Below are positions 53,247 through 62,590 of a DNA stretch of 64,000 nt, piece after piece. The stretch comes from Spirochaetaceae bacterium (GTDB taxonomy: Bacteria; Spirochaetota; Spirochaetia; DSM-27196; Alkalispirochaetaceae), in contig JBKHED010000005.1 in NCBI GenBank assembly GCA_046540995.1, positions 32,052 to 96,051 on the forward strand. Reading direction: 5' to 3'. Both the position numbers and the translations under genes were made by a program. Each line of letters begins with the position of its first letter. Position 1 is the first letter of the stretch. The notes beneath the pieces were generated by a model. That model had not been told where the DNA came from. It saw nothing but the letters and a program-made list of their open reading frames with translations, and ran no database searches.

Positions 53247-54494
53247 TCAGAGCCCCCGGGCGCGGTACCACTGATCGATCGCTTCTCCTAGGTCGGTGTC
53301 GGGCGCCCGAGGCTCCTCACCGGAGTGAAGACGTATAGACTCTCTAAGCCAAGGGCCCACAACGTCCTCCTCCACTACGCTCCAGTTGAGAGGCGTCCGG
53401 CGGGGAAAGGCGAGGCGCTCCGTCGGGGGGATGCTTCCGAGGAGAGCGGGATGGATCTCGGTGATGATTGTACGATTCACCTCGGGAAGGGAGGAGAGTC
53501 CTCGGAGAAATCCGAAGCTGTCGATCTGCCGGTCCGTACTGGTTTCCATGAGTCGCTGCTGGACCGCGGGATCGAGCAACCAGCGGAGAAAGTCCACACC
53601 CTGTCGCCGATTCTGGGCTCGGTTTGGAATAGCGGCGTAGACGATTTCCGGGAGAACCGGTATCGCCTCGTCGCCACTGAGCCAGCGAATCGACATGTCC
53701 CGGGTCTCCCGGTCCGGTCGGGAGAGAAACTCTCCGGCGGTAGTATAGTAGAAGCCGATTCGCCCGCGACGAAGGAGCTTCTCCGCCGGGTCGTATAGGT
53801 AGCGCTCCGAGAACGCCTCGGCGGCGTCGTTTCCTCCGTTTACCTCTTGTCGCCAGCTGACGCCTGACTCGAGCAGCTGCTCCAAGGCACTCTGATCCCA
53901 AGCGACCCTGAGCTCCGCGATTTCGGTAAATGCGGTTCCCTGGAGTTGCGCCCAGGCGAGGAGAAAGCGCTCGTCCCAGAGCGGGGAGAAACCCATCCTC
54001 ACGTATCGTTCCGATTCCAGTTCGTTAAACGCCTCTGCTCGGGTTCTCAACTCATCGATGGTAATCCTCCGCGTCGACTGTTCCGGAAGGGTGACATCGA
54101 GAAACTGGACCGCCGGAAGGTCGAAGGAGAGTGGAAGAAAGCGAAGAGCGTCGCGATAGCGGCCCAGGGCGAGCAAATCAGGGTAGATCCTCTCGGCAGC
54201 GTCGTCCGCCGTTGACGGGAGCTCCTGCATGTACTCGGCGAGGTTCCGGTTGGCCAGACCCCGACCAATGATTACGTCCGGTTCCCCACCCTCGGTAAGG
54301 ACCGCTTCCGCCACGTCAGTTCGGAAGACGACCTTGACCTTTGTCTGCTCCCGTTCGGCGTTGTAGAGCTCCGCGTAGAGAGCCATCAGGGGCTGATCTG
54401 TCCAGAGCTCTACGAACTCCGTGGTTTCGTGCCGATCGCAGCCGGACAACAGCATGGCGGCGACGAGGGGCAAAAGAAGAAGTCGCGGTTTCAT
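53247..54494 (-). CDS. lipoprotein, extracellular solute-binding-protein-like
   Basis: Internal ATG followed by LLLLPLVAAMLLSGC (lipobox). The size and alpha/beta pattern fit SBP family 1. No strong motif. Confidence 0.55.
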   Translation of the reverse strand: MKPRLLLLPLVAAMLLSGCDRHETTEFVELWTDQPLMALYAELYNAEREQTKVKVVFRTDVAEAVLTEGGEPDVIIGRGLANRNLAEYMQELPSTADDAAERIYPDLLALGRYRDALRFLPLSFDLPAVQFLDVTLPEQSTRRITIDELRTRAEAFNELESERYVRMGFSPLWDERFLLAWAQLQGTAFTEIAELRVAWDQSALEQLLESGVSWRQEVNGGNDAAEAFSERYLYDPAEKLLRRGRIGFYYTTAGEFLSRPDRETRDMSIRWLSGDEAIPVLPEIVYAAIPNRAQNRRQGVDFLRWLLDPAVQQRLMETSTDRQIDSFGFLRGLSSLPEVNRTIITEIHPALLGSIPPTERLAFPRRTPLNWSVVEEDVVGPWLRESIRLHSGEEPRAPDTDLGEAIDQWYRARGL

Positions 54495-54519
54495 GATCGG
54501 GAGGAGCTCCTGGCGGTTG

Positions 54520-55827
54520 TCACGGCTGGGCAAGCTCCTCCGCGGCGGCGTATATCTCGTCATAGAGCTCAGGGAGGGAGTCCGCATCAACGCTGGCGAA
54601 GGCGACCCTGAGGTAGCTTCCGTCTATTGAGATGGTCCCGATGCCTCGGTCGAGAAGTAAGAGTCGTAGCTCTTCGGCGTCGATGCCGCGGCAGCGAAAG
54701 CTCATAAAGTAGCCCGAGTTGAACGGGAGCGGCTCGAGAGGGGAAGCGTGATGAAGGGGCGCCTTTTCTGCGAGCCAGCGCTTAATGATTCCGTACCGCT
54801 CTCTTAGCACTTCTCGCGCTTTCTCCTTCTGCTCGTAGTAACTCGGGTCGTTCATCACCTTGAGAAGCAGATGCTGTGAGAGGTTGCTAGTGTTGGAGAC
54901 GATCGCCCGAAGAGAGCCGACAAACTTCTGTTCCAAGGCGTCGATCGCCTCACGCCCCAGTGCCGGATTTCCGAAGGTGAGAAAGCCGACTCGCAGCCCC
55001 CAGGCAAAGTCCTCCTTCGTCGCCCCGTCGATTTTGATCGCCAGGATCCGCTCGTGGACGTCCACGAGGGAGGCGAAAATCGACTCCTCGGCGAGTTCGG
55101 GCTCGAAGAAGAGGCCGAAATAGGCGTCGTCGGAGATTACGAGGATGTCCACCCCGCTGTCCGCGAGCTTCGTTAACCGCTCCACGATGCCCCGCACCTC
55201 CGCCGTCGAAGGCGAGTATCCGGTGGGGTTGTTGGGAAAATTGAGAAGCAGCACGACTTTCCTTCGTTCCGCGGCGGCAGCCTCCAGGGAGACCGAGAAA
55301 CCCTCGAGGTTAAAGCCTCCCTCCTCGGAGAAGAAGGGAAAGGTCTCTATTCGCGCCTCTTTGCGATGCTCGAAGATGAGCCGGTAGTTGCCCCAGAACA
55401 TATCTGGCATAACCACCGGGTCGCCCGTATTCACAAAGAGCTCCGCCACATGAACGATACCGTTGGTCAGGCCCGAGGTGACCATGGGTGTCGAGGTGGT
55501 CTTCCCGCGCAAGGAGGGGTTTTTCGCGATCATTTCCTCTTTCCACCGCTTCCTAAGCTCCGCCACTCCCGGAGTGGGGGCGTAGGCGACGCTTTCGGAA
55601 GGGTGAAAGTGATGGGTCAGCGCCGCGGCGCTCGGCAGGATCAGCGGGACCCCTTCCTTATACGCCATGCCGGCAGTGGCGTTAAAACGGTGCGCTCTGC
55701 TCTTCGCCTCCGCGGACTGCGCCACGATCCCCTTCGGAAAGAAGAGGCGTCTTCCTGTTTCCGAGAGGAGGCGGCCAACAACGGTCGGTTCGAGGCTTTT
55801 GTTGAGCTTCTCAGCCAGAGAGTTCAT
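54520..55827 (-). CDS. class I/II PLP-dependent aminotransferase
   Basis: NFPNNPTGY and the PLP-lysine context DGATKEDFAWGLRVGF. The start at 55827 is supported by a promoter 7 nt upstream. Confidence 0.8.
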   Translation of the reverse strand: MNSLAEKLNKSLEPTVVGRLLSETGRRLFFPKGIVAQSAEAKSRAHRFNATAGMAYKEGVPLILPSAAALTHHFHPSESVAYAPTPGVAELRKRWKEEMIAKNPSLRGKTTSTPMVTSGLTNGIVHVAELFVNTGDPVVMPDMFWGNYRLIFEHRKEARIETFPFFSEEGGFNLEGFSVSLEAAAAERRKVVLLLNFPNNPTGYSPSTAEVRGIVERLTKLADSGVDILVISDDAYFGLFFEPELAEESIFASLVDVHERILAIKIDGATKEDFAWGLRVGFLTFGNPALGREAIDALEQKFVGSLRAIVSNTSNLSQHLLLKVMNDPSYYEQKEKAREVLRERYGIIKRWLAEKAPLHHASPLEPLPFNSGYFMSFRCRGIDAEELRLLLLDRGIGTISIDGSYLRVAFASVDADSLPELYDEIYAAAEELAQP

Positions 55828-55834
55828 AAGGCCC

Positions 55835-55863
55835 ACTATACAAAGCGCTCCAGCTCTGTGCAA
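55835..55863 (-). promoter_or_regulatory. promoter of the aminotransferase gene (leaderless-type spacing)
   Basis: On the minus strand: TTGCAC, 17 nt, TATAGT, then 7 nt to the ATG at 55827. Confidence 0.45.
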
Positions 55864-55874
55864 TCACGGGGAGA

Positions 55875-55903
55875 TTGACCCCGGCGGGGTAACAAAGTAT
55901 GGT
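55875..55903 (+). promoter_or_regulatory. promoter of the 525-aa hypothetical gene (leaderless-type spacing)
   Basis: TTGACC, 17 nt, TATGGT, then 6 nt to the ATG at 55910. Confidence 0.45.
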
Positions 55904-55909
55904 AGCACC

Positions 55910-57487
55910 ATGGCTAAGGGCGATGTGGAGGAGCCGAGAGGCGCACCCCCATCGGAAGAAACCGACGGCTTGGGGTTCGTCGAAAAGATCATCGCAATTC
56001 TTTTCGGAGGCAACGATCCCGAGCGGCAAAAGCGTAGGCTCCTCAAACAGGTTGCGAAAGACCTGAACAAGTCCAAATACAACTTCTACAAGCCTCGAAG
56101 CAAGGAAGCTCTGCCCGGCTTTGCCAAGTTCTTCTACGCCCATTACAGGGTGGTTGGTCCGGCGCAACAGCTCCTGCAGAACGCCGCCGGCTCCAAGAGC
56201 CTCAAATCACTCGTTATCGACTCCTACCTCACGGAGAAACAGCGGGAGCTACGGGACCAGTTCGATGAGGAGTCCATCCGAGAGCGGGCGAAGGAGATCG
56301 ACACCAAGCAGCTCGCCGAGGAGCTCAAGGACGGGATGATCAACTTTTACGGCTCCTTCGACGCGGAGCTCGTAAAGCGGATTAACAACGCCTACAACCT
56401 GGCGCAGCTCTTTCTTCGATTCGTCAATTTCGACTACTACTTCGCCCTTCGCAAGTTCGACTCCGCCATTACGGAGAACAACTTCACCTATAAGCCGAGC
56501 TTCGACGCAATAAGCGCGGAGTACGTGGTCGACGATATTCGCGACTTTCTAGAGACCGCTCTGGTACTCGACCCGAAGGCTGCCTGGGACCCGGTAATCG
56601 ACATACTCAAAGAGTACCGCGCCGTGGAAGTGGTTGACCGCGATGCCTTCAAGAAGAGTATAAAGGATGTTGCCGCAGTGGTGCGCGACAACGTCCTGGA
56701 GCTCATGGTACGGCACATTACCGATGATCCCTTCTGGAAGGCGAAAGGGGTCGGTTCTAACGAGCGAATCGTGGAGCCCTATCTCAACGCCCTCAAGACA
56801 ACCACCGAGGCGAATGTACAGAAGCTCCTGAACGAGCGTCGGGAGAAGAAGATCGACGCCCTGGTGCAGCAGGTGTTCGGCACAACCGTCGTTGCCCGTA
56901 CCAAGAACTACACCGAAAAGGGCAACCTCATGTTCGCCAAGCGGGCGATGGCAGGGTTCACGCACACTCAGGCGCTCAATTTTCTCAAAGCGTATCTCCT
57001 CGACTACTTCAAGAAGGATGTCCGGGAGCTGGTGCAGGACATGCTCCTGGTTCGAGGAAAATGGGTCACCAACATCCAGTCCCAGCAACTATCCGACGCC
57101 TACCATCAGGTAATGCAGATCTCCGAGAGCCTGGTCTCCTTTGATGAGAGTCTCGGGGAAGAGGGTGAACGGGGCATGAAGCTCAAGAAAGCCGCGGGGC
57201 GAGTCGTTGAGCGAGACCCTGCCACCGCGAAGCTCTTAAAGGAACAGCTCAATAGCATTAACAAGGAGGCGCAGCGGCTCATTTCCGAAGCCTCCAGCAA
57301 CCTGGTGACAATCGGTAAATTCCTCAAAATGTTGGTAGCGGACTACGATCAGACCGAGCACGACCTGGTGAACAACTGGAAGGAGCTGGACGGGATGATC
57401 GAGGAGCCGATCCGGGAGAGAATGGTGGAGACCTACAAACAGCTCTACCGTTTTTTGCAGCTCATGCAGGTTCTTGCCAAGCGGTAG
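55910..57487 (+). CDS. all-helical hypothetical protein (525 aa)
   Basis: Long ORF with coding-like composition. The start is chosen from the promoter geometry. No recognisable motif. Confidence 0.6.
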   Translation: MAKGDVEEPRGAPPSEETDGLGFVEKIIAILFGGNDPERQKRRLLKQVAKDLNKSKYNFYKPRSKEALPGFAKFFYAHYRVVGPAQQLLQNAAGSKSLKSLVIDSYLTEKQRELRDQFDEESIRERAKEIDTKQLAEELKDGMINFYGSFDAELVKRINNAYNLAQLFLRFVNFDYYFALRKFDSAITENNFTYKPSFDAISAEYVVDDIRDFLETALVLDPKAAWDPVIDILKEYRAVEVVDRDAFKKSIKDVAAVVRDNVLELMVRHITDDPFWKAKGVGSNERIVEPYLNALKTTTEANVQKLLNERREKKIDALVQQVFGTTVVARTKNYTEKGNLMFAKRAMAGFTHTQALNFLKAYLLDYFKKDVRELVQDMLLVRGKWVTNIQSQQLSDAYHQVMQISESLVSFDESLGEEGERGMKLKKAAGRVVERDPATAKLLKEQLNSINKEAQRLISEASSNLVTIGKFLKMLVADYDQTEHDLVNNWKELDGMIEEPIRERMVETYKQLYRFLQLMQVLAKR

Positions 57488-57498
57488 AGCCGCTACGT

Positions 57499-58035
57499 TC
57501 AGATTGCCCCTTCCAATTTGAGCAGAAACCGCTTCATGCGACTGCCGCGCTCCTCCGGTAACGCTCGTCGGGCGTAGCTGCCGACGTCCCCGGAGGCGGG
57601 GATCACCCGGTGGCACGGTATGACAATTGCGATCGGGTTGGCGGCGACGGCGTTTCCCACCGCCTGTGCGGCGTCCCGACGGCCGATTTTCTGGGCCAGG
57701 AGCCCGTAGGTTATCGTTGTGCCGTACTCCACCTTCCGCAACCGCCCCCAGACGGCGCGCTGAAAGCCCGTTCCATCGTACTCCACTGCGATGTCGAACT
57801 GTCTGAGCTCTCCGGCAAAGTAGCGGTCCAGCTGCCACTCCACCTCACCGCAGGCGTACTTGTTCTCCTCTATCTCTTCGTTCTGCGGGAGGTCGGTGAT
57901 AGGAGCGTAGCTGAGCCGCACCACGGCGCCTCGGCGATTTACGGCCAGGTGGATGGGTCCGGCCGGCGAACGGTACGTATGGGTGTAAATCACAATCCTA
58001 CATGGGAGTGTAACGGCGTTACCTCCGCCGGGCAA
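57499..58035 (-). CDS. ogt: methylated-DNA-protein-cysteine methyltransferase
   Basis: Active site IPCHRVI and the upstream helix-turn-helix TYGLLAQKIG. Confidence 0.85.
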   Translation of the reverse strand: MPGGGNAVTLPCRIVIYTHTYRSPAGPIHLAVNRRGAVVRLSYAPITDLPQNEEIEENKYACGEVEWQLDRYFAGELRQFDIAVEYDGTGFQRAVWGRLRKVEYGTTITYGLLAQKIGRRDAAQAVGNAVAANPIAIVIPCHRVIPASGDVGSYARRALPEERGSRMKRFLLKLEGAI

Positions 58036-58078
58036 GGGTCCGTGGGCCGGTGCGTCCCGGCACGGCGCTTTCGCTGCC

Positions 58079-59347
58079 CTATTCGGTCTCGACCTCGAAC
58101 TCCGCCAGTCGATGTTCCAGGGCTCCGGGAACTCTGGCCCTGAGGGTTACGCTATCGCCGTTATACTCCTCCTTTTCCACCCGGCCGTGCTCGTAGACTC
58201 GGGCGACTAGATCATACCGATTTAGGGGCAGTCGATAGCTGCGAGGTGCCATCAGAGTGTCTACAGAGTTCTGGACCTCGGAGACGAGTTCCGTAAGGCC
58301 CTCTCCGCTGGTGGCGGAGGTAAAGATCACTGGGACCGAGGGCTCGATACGGCTGATGTCCGCCAGGAGCGTACCACGATCGTGAGGGCGGTCGGCTTTG
58401 TTGACCACCACGAGTCGCGGTTTCTGCTCGGCGCCTAGTTTCTTGAGAACCTCTTCCGTCGTCTTGAGCTGTTCCGCCCGTTCCGGATCCGAGGCGTCCA
58501 CAATTAGAAGCAGAATATCCGCCTCCAGCGTTTCCTCCAGGGTGGAGGCGAAGGCGTCTACCAGATGGTGTGGGAGCTTTCGGACGAAGCCGACGGTGTC
58601 GGTGAGGAGGCAGTCGGTGCCGTTGGGTAGGTGGAGTCGCCGGGTAGTCGGATCCAGAGTGGCAAAGAGCTGGTCCTCTACCAACACCTTTGCCCTGGTG
58701 AGGGCGTTGAGGAGGGAAGACTTGCCGGCGTTGGTGTAGCCCACTAGGCTCACCGAGGGAACCGGCACCGACCGGCGTCTATCGCGGCGGGTCCGTCGCT
58801 GCCGTTCCAGGGAGCGGAGCTCCCGACGGATCTGGGCGATTCGGTCCACCACCATGCGTCGGTCCATTTCGAGCTGTTTCTCTCCCTCGCCTCGGGTGCC
58901 TCTCGCTCCTCCGCGCTGCCGCGAGAGGTGAGTCCATGCGTTTCTCAGCCGGGGGAGGGCGTACTCCAGACGAGCGAGCTCCACTTGCAGGGCGGACTCC
59001 TTGCTCTCGGCGTGCTCGGCGAAAATGTCGATTATCACACCCTCTCGATCAAGGGTGGTGGCGCCGGTGAGGCGATCCCAGTTTCGCTGCTGCGCCGGCG
59101 TGAGGTCAACGTCGAAGACGACGATGTCGTACTGCTCTTCTTCCACCCGAGCGGCGATCTCATCAGCCTTGCCCCGGCCGATGTAGTAGGCTGGATGAAT
59201 ATCTCCAACTCGAACCACGAGCTCTTCGGAGACGTCGATGCCGAGGGTATCGCAGAGCCGTCGGAGCTCCCGGCCGTAGGCGCGGGCCTGCTCTTCGCTC
59301 TCGTCGCTATGTCTGGGAATTACCAGAAGGGTGCTGTTGCTGCTCAT
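58079..59347 (-). CDS. hflX: GTPase HflX
   Basis: G1 GYTNAGKSSLLNAL, G3 DTVGF, G4 NKAD, and an HflX N-domain with a coiled linker. Confidence 0.9.
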   Translation of the reverse strand: MSSNSTLLVIPRHSDESEEQARAYGRELRRLCDTLGIDVSEELVVRVGDIHPAYYIGRGKADEIAARVEEEQYDIVVFDVDLTPAQQRNWDRLTGATTLDREGVIIDIFAEHAESKESALQVELARLEYALPRLRNAWTHLSRQRGGARGTRGEGEKQLEMDRRMVVDRIAQIRRELRSLERQRRTRRDRRRSVPVPSVSLVGYTNAGKSSLLNALTRAKVLVEDQLFATLDPTTRRLHLPNGTDCLLTDTVGFVRKLPHHLVDAFASTLEETLEADILLLIVDASDPERAEQLKTTEEVLKKLGAEQKPRLVVVNKADRPHDRGTLLADISRIEPSVPVIFTSATSGEGLTELVSEVQNSVDTLMAPRSYRLPLNRYDLVARVYEHGRVEKEEYNGDSVTLRARVPGALEHRLAEFEVETE

Positions 59348-59412
59348 AGTGGAGTGGTGCCGGCGCCGAGGGGCCACGGGCCGAAGGCGTTCTGCACCGT
59401 TACTTTTCTCCC

Positions 59413-60330
59413 TCAGTCCACAAAGGGCTGAATGCTCGGCTCCGGGGTCGCCACGCCGACATAGAAGCTGATCTGTTGAACGCGAGAGCTATTACCTACT
59501 CGATCCGTGGCGCGACCGCGAATCGAGTAGAAACCGGACTCCGAGACCTGAATCGGCGCCGTATAGCTCTGGAAAGGACGGCCGTTCAGGGAGACTTCGA
59601 TGCTCTCCACTCCGGATAGGCGATCATTTGCCCGTAGGAGGATCTCGCTCCCAGCGGCTAGGTAGCGTTCCCCCCCGAAGGTGCGGAAGGGACGGCTCGG
59701 CAACAGCGACACCGACGGAGGCGTGTTGTCAACAACACCGTTGGCCTGAAAGGTCTCGGTCCGATTGCCGACGTTGTCAACGGCGTAAGCGTAACCGGTC
59801 AGCTCTCCCTCCTCCTCGAACCGCGTGGGCCCGGTGTAGGGTACAAACTCCTCGTTATCCATGCTGACGTAGATACGGCGAACGCCGGACAGACGATCCG
59901 CAGCTTCGAGAACCACTGCACTCTCGCTCGTAAGATAGGCGGTTCCTTCCTCGTCTACGTACGCGGGGCCCACCGCACCGGCGGAAACGAAAGGCGGAGT
60001 GGTGTCGATCACCACGGTGTACACCTTTTCCCGGGAGACGTTACCGGTGATGTCGACCGCACGATAGGTGATGAAGTGGCGCCCCTCCTCCTCGATGCGA
60101 ATCGGCTCCTCGTAGCGCGCCAGTTCTCCGCCGTCTACGCTGTACTCGATATAGTCGAGGTTCTCCGTCAGATCGCCGGCTTCAAGCACGAACCGCGCCT
60201 CTTTGGGGGCATAGTCGATGCCGTCGGAGCTGTAGATCCGCCTCTCCTGAGCCGACAGGGCAGAGGCGAGGAGAAAGAAGGAGAGCCCGAGGGCCGCTGC
60301 CTTTGCTGTCCAAGAAGGGTGATAGTTCAT
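59413..60330 (-). CDS. secreted protein with three tandem Ig-like (OmpL47/Big-type) repeats
   Basis: Signal peptide AAALGLSFFLLASALSAQ. Three ~85-aa repeats with the pattern Y..PI...EG....YRA.D..GN.S......V.D.TPP. Confidence 0.65.
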   Translation of the reverse strand: MNYHPSWTAKAAALGLSFFLLASALSAQERRIYSSDGIDYAPKEARFVLEAGDLTENLDYIEYSVDGGELARYEEPIRIEEEGRHFITYRAVDITGNVSREKVYTVVIDTTPPFVSAGAVGPAYVDEEGTAYLTSESAVVLEAADRLSGVRRIYVSMDNEEFVPYTGPTRFEEEGELTGYAYAVDNVGNRTETFQANGVVDNTPPSVSLLPSRPFRTFGGERYLAAGSEILLRANDRLSGVESIEVSLNGRPFQSYTAPIQVSESGFYSIRGRATDRVGNSSRVQQISFYVGVATPEPSIQPFVD

Positions 60331-60343
60331 GCTACTCGGTTGC

Positions 60344-60371
60344 AGTATACGGTGCTCCCGGCCAAAGTCAA
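60344..60371 (-). promoter_or_regulatory. candidate promoter of the Ig-like repeat gene
   Basis: On the minus strand: TTGACT, 16 nt, TATACT, then 13 nt to the ATG at 60330. Confidence 0.35.
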
Positions 60372-60397
60372 GGATCGGCTCTTGAGTGAGCCGATCC
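60372..60397 (-). terminator. hairpin downstream of the 253-aa gene (possible terminator)
   Basis: 10-bp perfect stem GGATCGGCTC / GAGCCGATCC with a 6-nt loop. The T tract after it on the minus strand (TTGACTTTGG) is weak. Confidence 0.4.
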
Positions 60398-60433
60398 CGA
60401 GTTCGTACTCGTTCCGAACGGCCTGCTCCGGCG

Positions 60434-61195
60434 TTAGAGAACCATCGCCGACCGGCCCCAGTGGAAATGATTCTGCCGGATCTCCTCAACACTGGGCATC
60501 TTATACTCCACCAGAATGTCGCCGGCGCCAACGTAAATCCCATGATCTATGATCTGGTAGGAGAAGGAGGCGATAGAACGTTCCACATTCTTGTTCGGCT
60601 TTTCTGGATTGGTAAGGACGTCTTTGACGCAGTCCTTTAGGTGCTCGAGGTTGCGGTCGTAGGCGCCGCCGATGTTGCCGGAGTCTTCAGGATTGTTGAA
60701 GTCGATCACCTTCAGGTCCGCAAAGACAACCTTTGGGACGGTCACCTTGTTCGTCGGGTCCGTCATGTAGGCGGCGAACTTCCTCGGATCGTAAACGCTT
60801 GCCACCAGCGGCGTGAGGGGGCAGAGTTCCTGGTAAACGTAATACTCTTTCTTCTTGCCGGAATACTCGCCCTTTTCCAGAGCGAGGCTGCGGCCGTCCT
60901 TGGTGGTGAGATAGAGATTGCCGAGGGCTTTCTCGGGCACGTGCTCGAGGACACGGTAGACCGACATCCAGACGGAGTGCTTCGGCTCACCGCTCTCGTG
61001 CTGGACGCACCGCTCTTTGGCGTAGTCCCAGTCGAAGTAGTCGCCAAAACCGCCTTCTACTTCGAAGAACATGATCATCTCATAGGACCCGTTCTTTGAG
61101 CCGATCGCCATGTACTGGCCGAACTGCTCCGGCTCCAACTGTGATGCGATAAGAGCTTCGATCGGGAAAACTGAAAGGTAGTAGTGTGTCTGCAT
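60434..61195 (-). CDS. conserved-looking hypothetical cytoplasmic protein (253 aa)
   Basis: ORF from an internal ATG with an upstream AGAGAGGGG SD. No recognisable motif. Confidence 0.6.
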   Translation of the reverse strand: MQTHYYLSVFPIEALIASQLEPEQFGQYMAIGSKNGSYEMIMFFEVEGGFGDYFDWDYAKERCVQHESGEPKHSVWMSVYRVLEHVPEKALGNLYLTTKDGRSLALEKGEYSGKKKEYYVYQELCPLTPLVASVYDPRKFAAYMTDPTNKVTVPKVVFADLKVIDFNNPEDSGNIGGAYDRNLEHLKDCVKDVLTNPEKPNKNVERSIASFSYQIIDHGIYVGAGDILVEYKMPSVEEIRQNHFHWGRSAMVL

Positions 61196-61285
61196 AAGCC
61201 CCTCTCTGTTGATTAGTCCTGGCTTAATCGTAAGACTTGCGGGTAACGGTTGTAAAGCGAATTTTGGGGATACCGAGGCTCGAGC

Positions 61286-61492
61286 ATGGAAAAGAGAGAA
61301 CGGCCGCCGGACTGCCTGAGCTGCGTCCACTTTTACGTTACCTGGAACCCCTCTTTCCCCCGGGGGTGCCGTGTTTTCGGATTACAGTCGAGGGAGCTCC
61401 CGAGCCGGGTGGTCTATCGAAACACCGGTCACCACTGTCCGAGCTACCGGCGCCGCCCGGAGAAACGACGTCCCTCGGGACAAGACTCTTAG
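61286..61492 (+). CDS. small Cys-rich basic protein (68 aa)
   Basis: CLSC...FPRGCRVFG...HHC pattern with four Cys plus His. I recall similar small CxxC...FPxGC proteins in other bacteria but cannot verify this. Confidence 0.45.
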   Translation: MEKRERPPDCLSCVHFYVTWNPSFPRGCRVFGLQSRELPSRVVYRNTGHHCPSYRRRPEKRRPSGQDS

Positions 61493-62460
61493 CCGGGACG
61501 GTACGCCTTCCAGCTCGTGGAAACTAGAGTCTCCACGTCGCTGTAGTGCGCCTCCCAGCTGAGCAGTTCTCGGGCGAGTCCAGCGGAGGCGACCAGTCGC
61601 GCAGGGTCTCCCGGACGGCGGGAGACCACCTTCGCCGGGATCGGCTCGCCGGTTACTCGCCGCGCAACCTCCACCATCTCCCGTACGGATATTCCGTTCT
61701 CGCTGCCGAGATTTACGACGAGATCCTTCTCCTCTCGATCGATGTACTCCATCGCCGACACGTGGGCCTCGGCGAGGTCCGTTACGTGGATGTAATCCCG
61801 TATTCCCGTACCGTCCTCCGTGGCGTAGTCCTCTCCGAAGATTTGCAGCGTCTTGCGCTTGCCCACGGCGACTTCCATGATCACCGGCAGGAGGTTCGCC
61901 GGGTTCTGCTCCAGGCCGGTGATCTCCCCTTCCGGATCGTAGCCGGCGGCGTTGAAGTAGCGCAGGGCGGCGTAACGCAGACCTCTCAGCTTCGAGTACC
62001 AGTACAAGAGGCGCTCGATTTCGAGCTTGGTGAAACCGTAGAAGTTCTCAGGCTTCGTAGGATGCGCCTCGTCCACCGGAAGGTACTCCGGCTCACCGTA
62101 GACCGCCGCGGAGGAGGAGAAGACGATCCGCGCCACTCCCGTGTGGGTCATTGCGTTCAGGAGTGCCACGGTGCCACCAATGTTGTTTCGGCTGTACTTC
62201 TCGGGAATGATCATAGACTCCCCGGCGGCCTTGAAGGCGGCGAGGTGGACCACCGCCTCGATCCCGGAGGAAGCGATGAGATCTCGCAGCTTGAGCTCGT
62301 CGGCGATCTCTCCGTGGACGAACTCGCTCTTTGGGAGGAGGTTCTCACGGAGCCCGCTGGAGAGGTTATCGTAGACGGTTACCTCGTGCCCGCGGCTGAG
62401 AAACGCCTTGGCAACGTGACTCCCGATGTAGCCGGCTCCGCCGACGATTAGAACGCGCAT
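61489..62460 (-). CDS. galE: UDP-glucose 4-epimerase
   Basis: GGAGYIGSH Rossmann motif, catalytic YGFTK, and SDR extended-family length. Confidence 0.92.
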   Translation of the reverse strand: MRVLIVGGAGYIGSHVAKAFLSRGHEVTVYDNLSSGLRENLLPKSEFVHGEIADELKLRDLIASSGIEAVVHLAAFKAAGESMIIPEKYSRNNIGGTVALLNAMTHTGVARIVFSSSAAVYGEPEYLPVDEAHPTKPENFYGFTKLEIERLLYWYSKLRGLRYAALRYFNAAGYDPEGEITGLEQNPANLLPVIMEVAVGKRKTLQIFGEDYATEDGTGIRDYIHVTDLAEAHVSAMEYIDREEKDLVVNLGSENGISVREMVEVARRVTGEPIPAKVVSRRPGDPARLVASAGLARELLSWEAHYSDVETLVSTSWKAYRPG

Positions 62461-62575
62461 AGTACTGCCCCCGGGTCAGTCGGTATGCTGCAGAGTAAAT
62501 CGCCCCCGGCCCTTGGTCAATGGAGGCCACTCTAACTCGGTTCACGGGGGGACTTGGCCAACCGGCGAAGGAGCG

Positions 62576-62584
62576 TGCTATCTT
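62576..62584 (+). promoter_or_regulatory. extended -10 element TGcTATCTT 6 nt upstream of the pfk ATG
   Basis: Direct reading. No SD lies before the ATG at 62591. Confidence 0.35.
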
Positions 62585-62590
62585 TACCCC

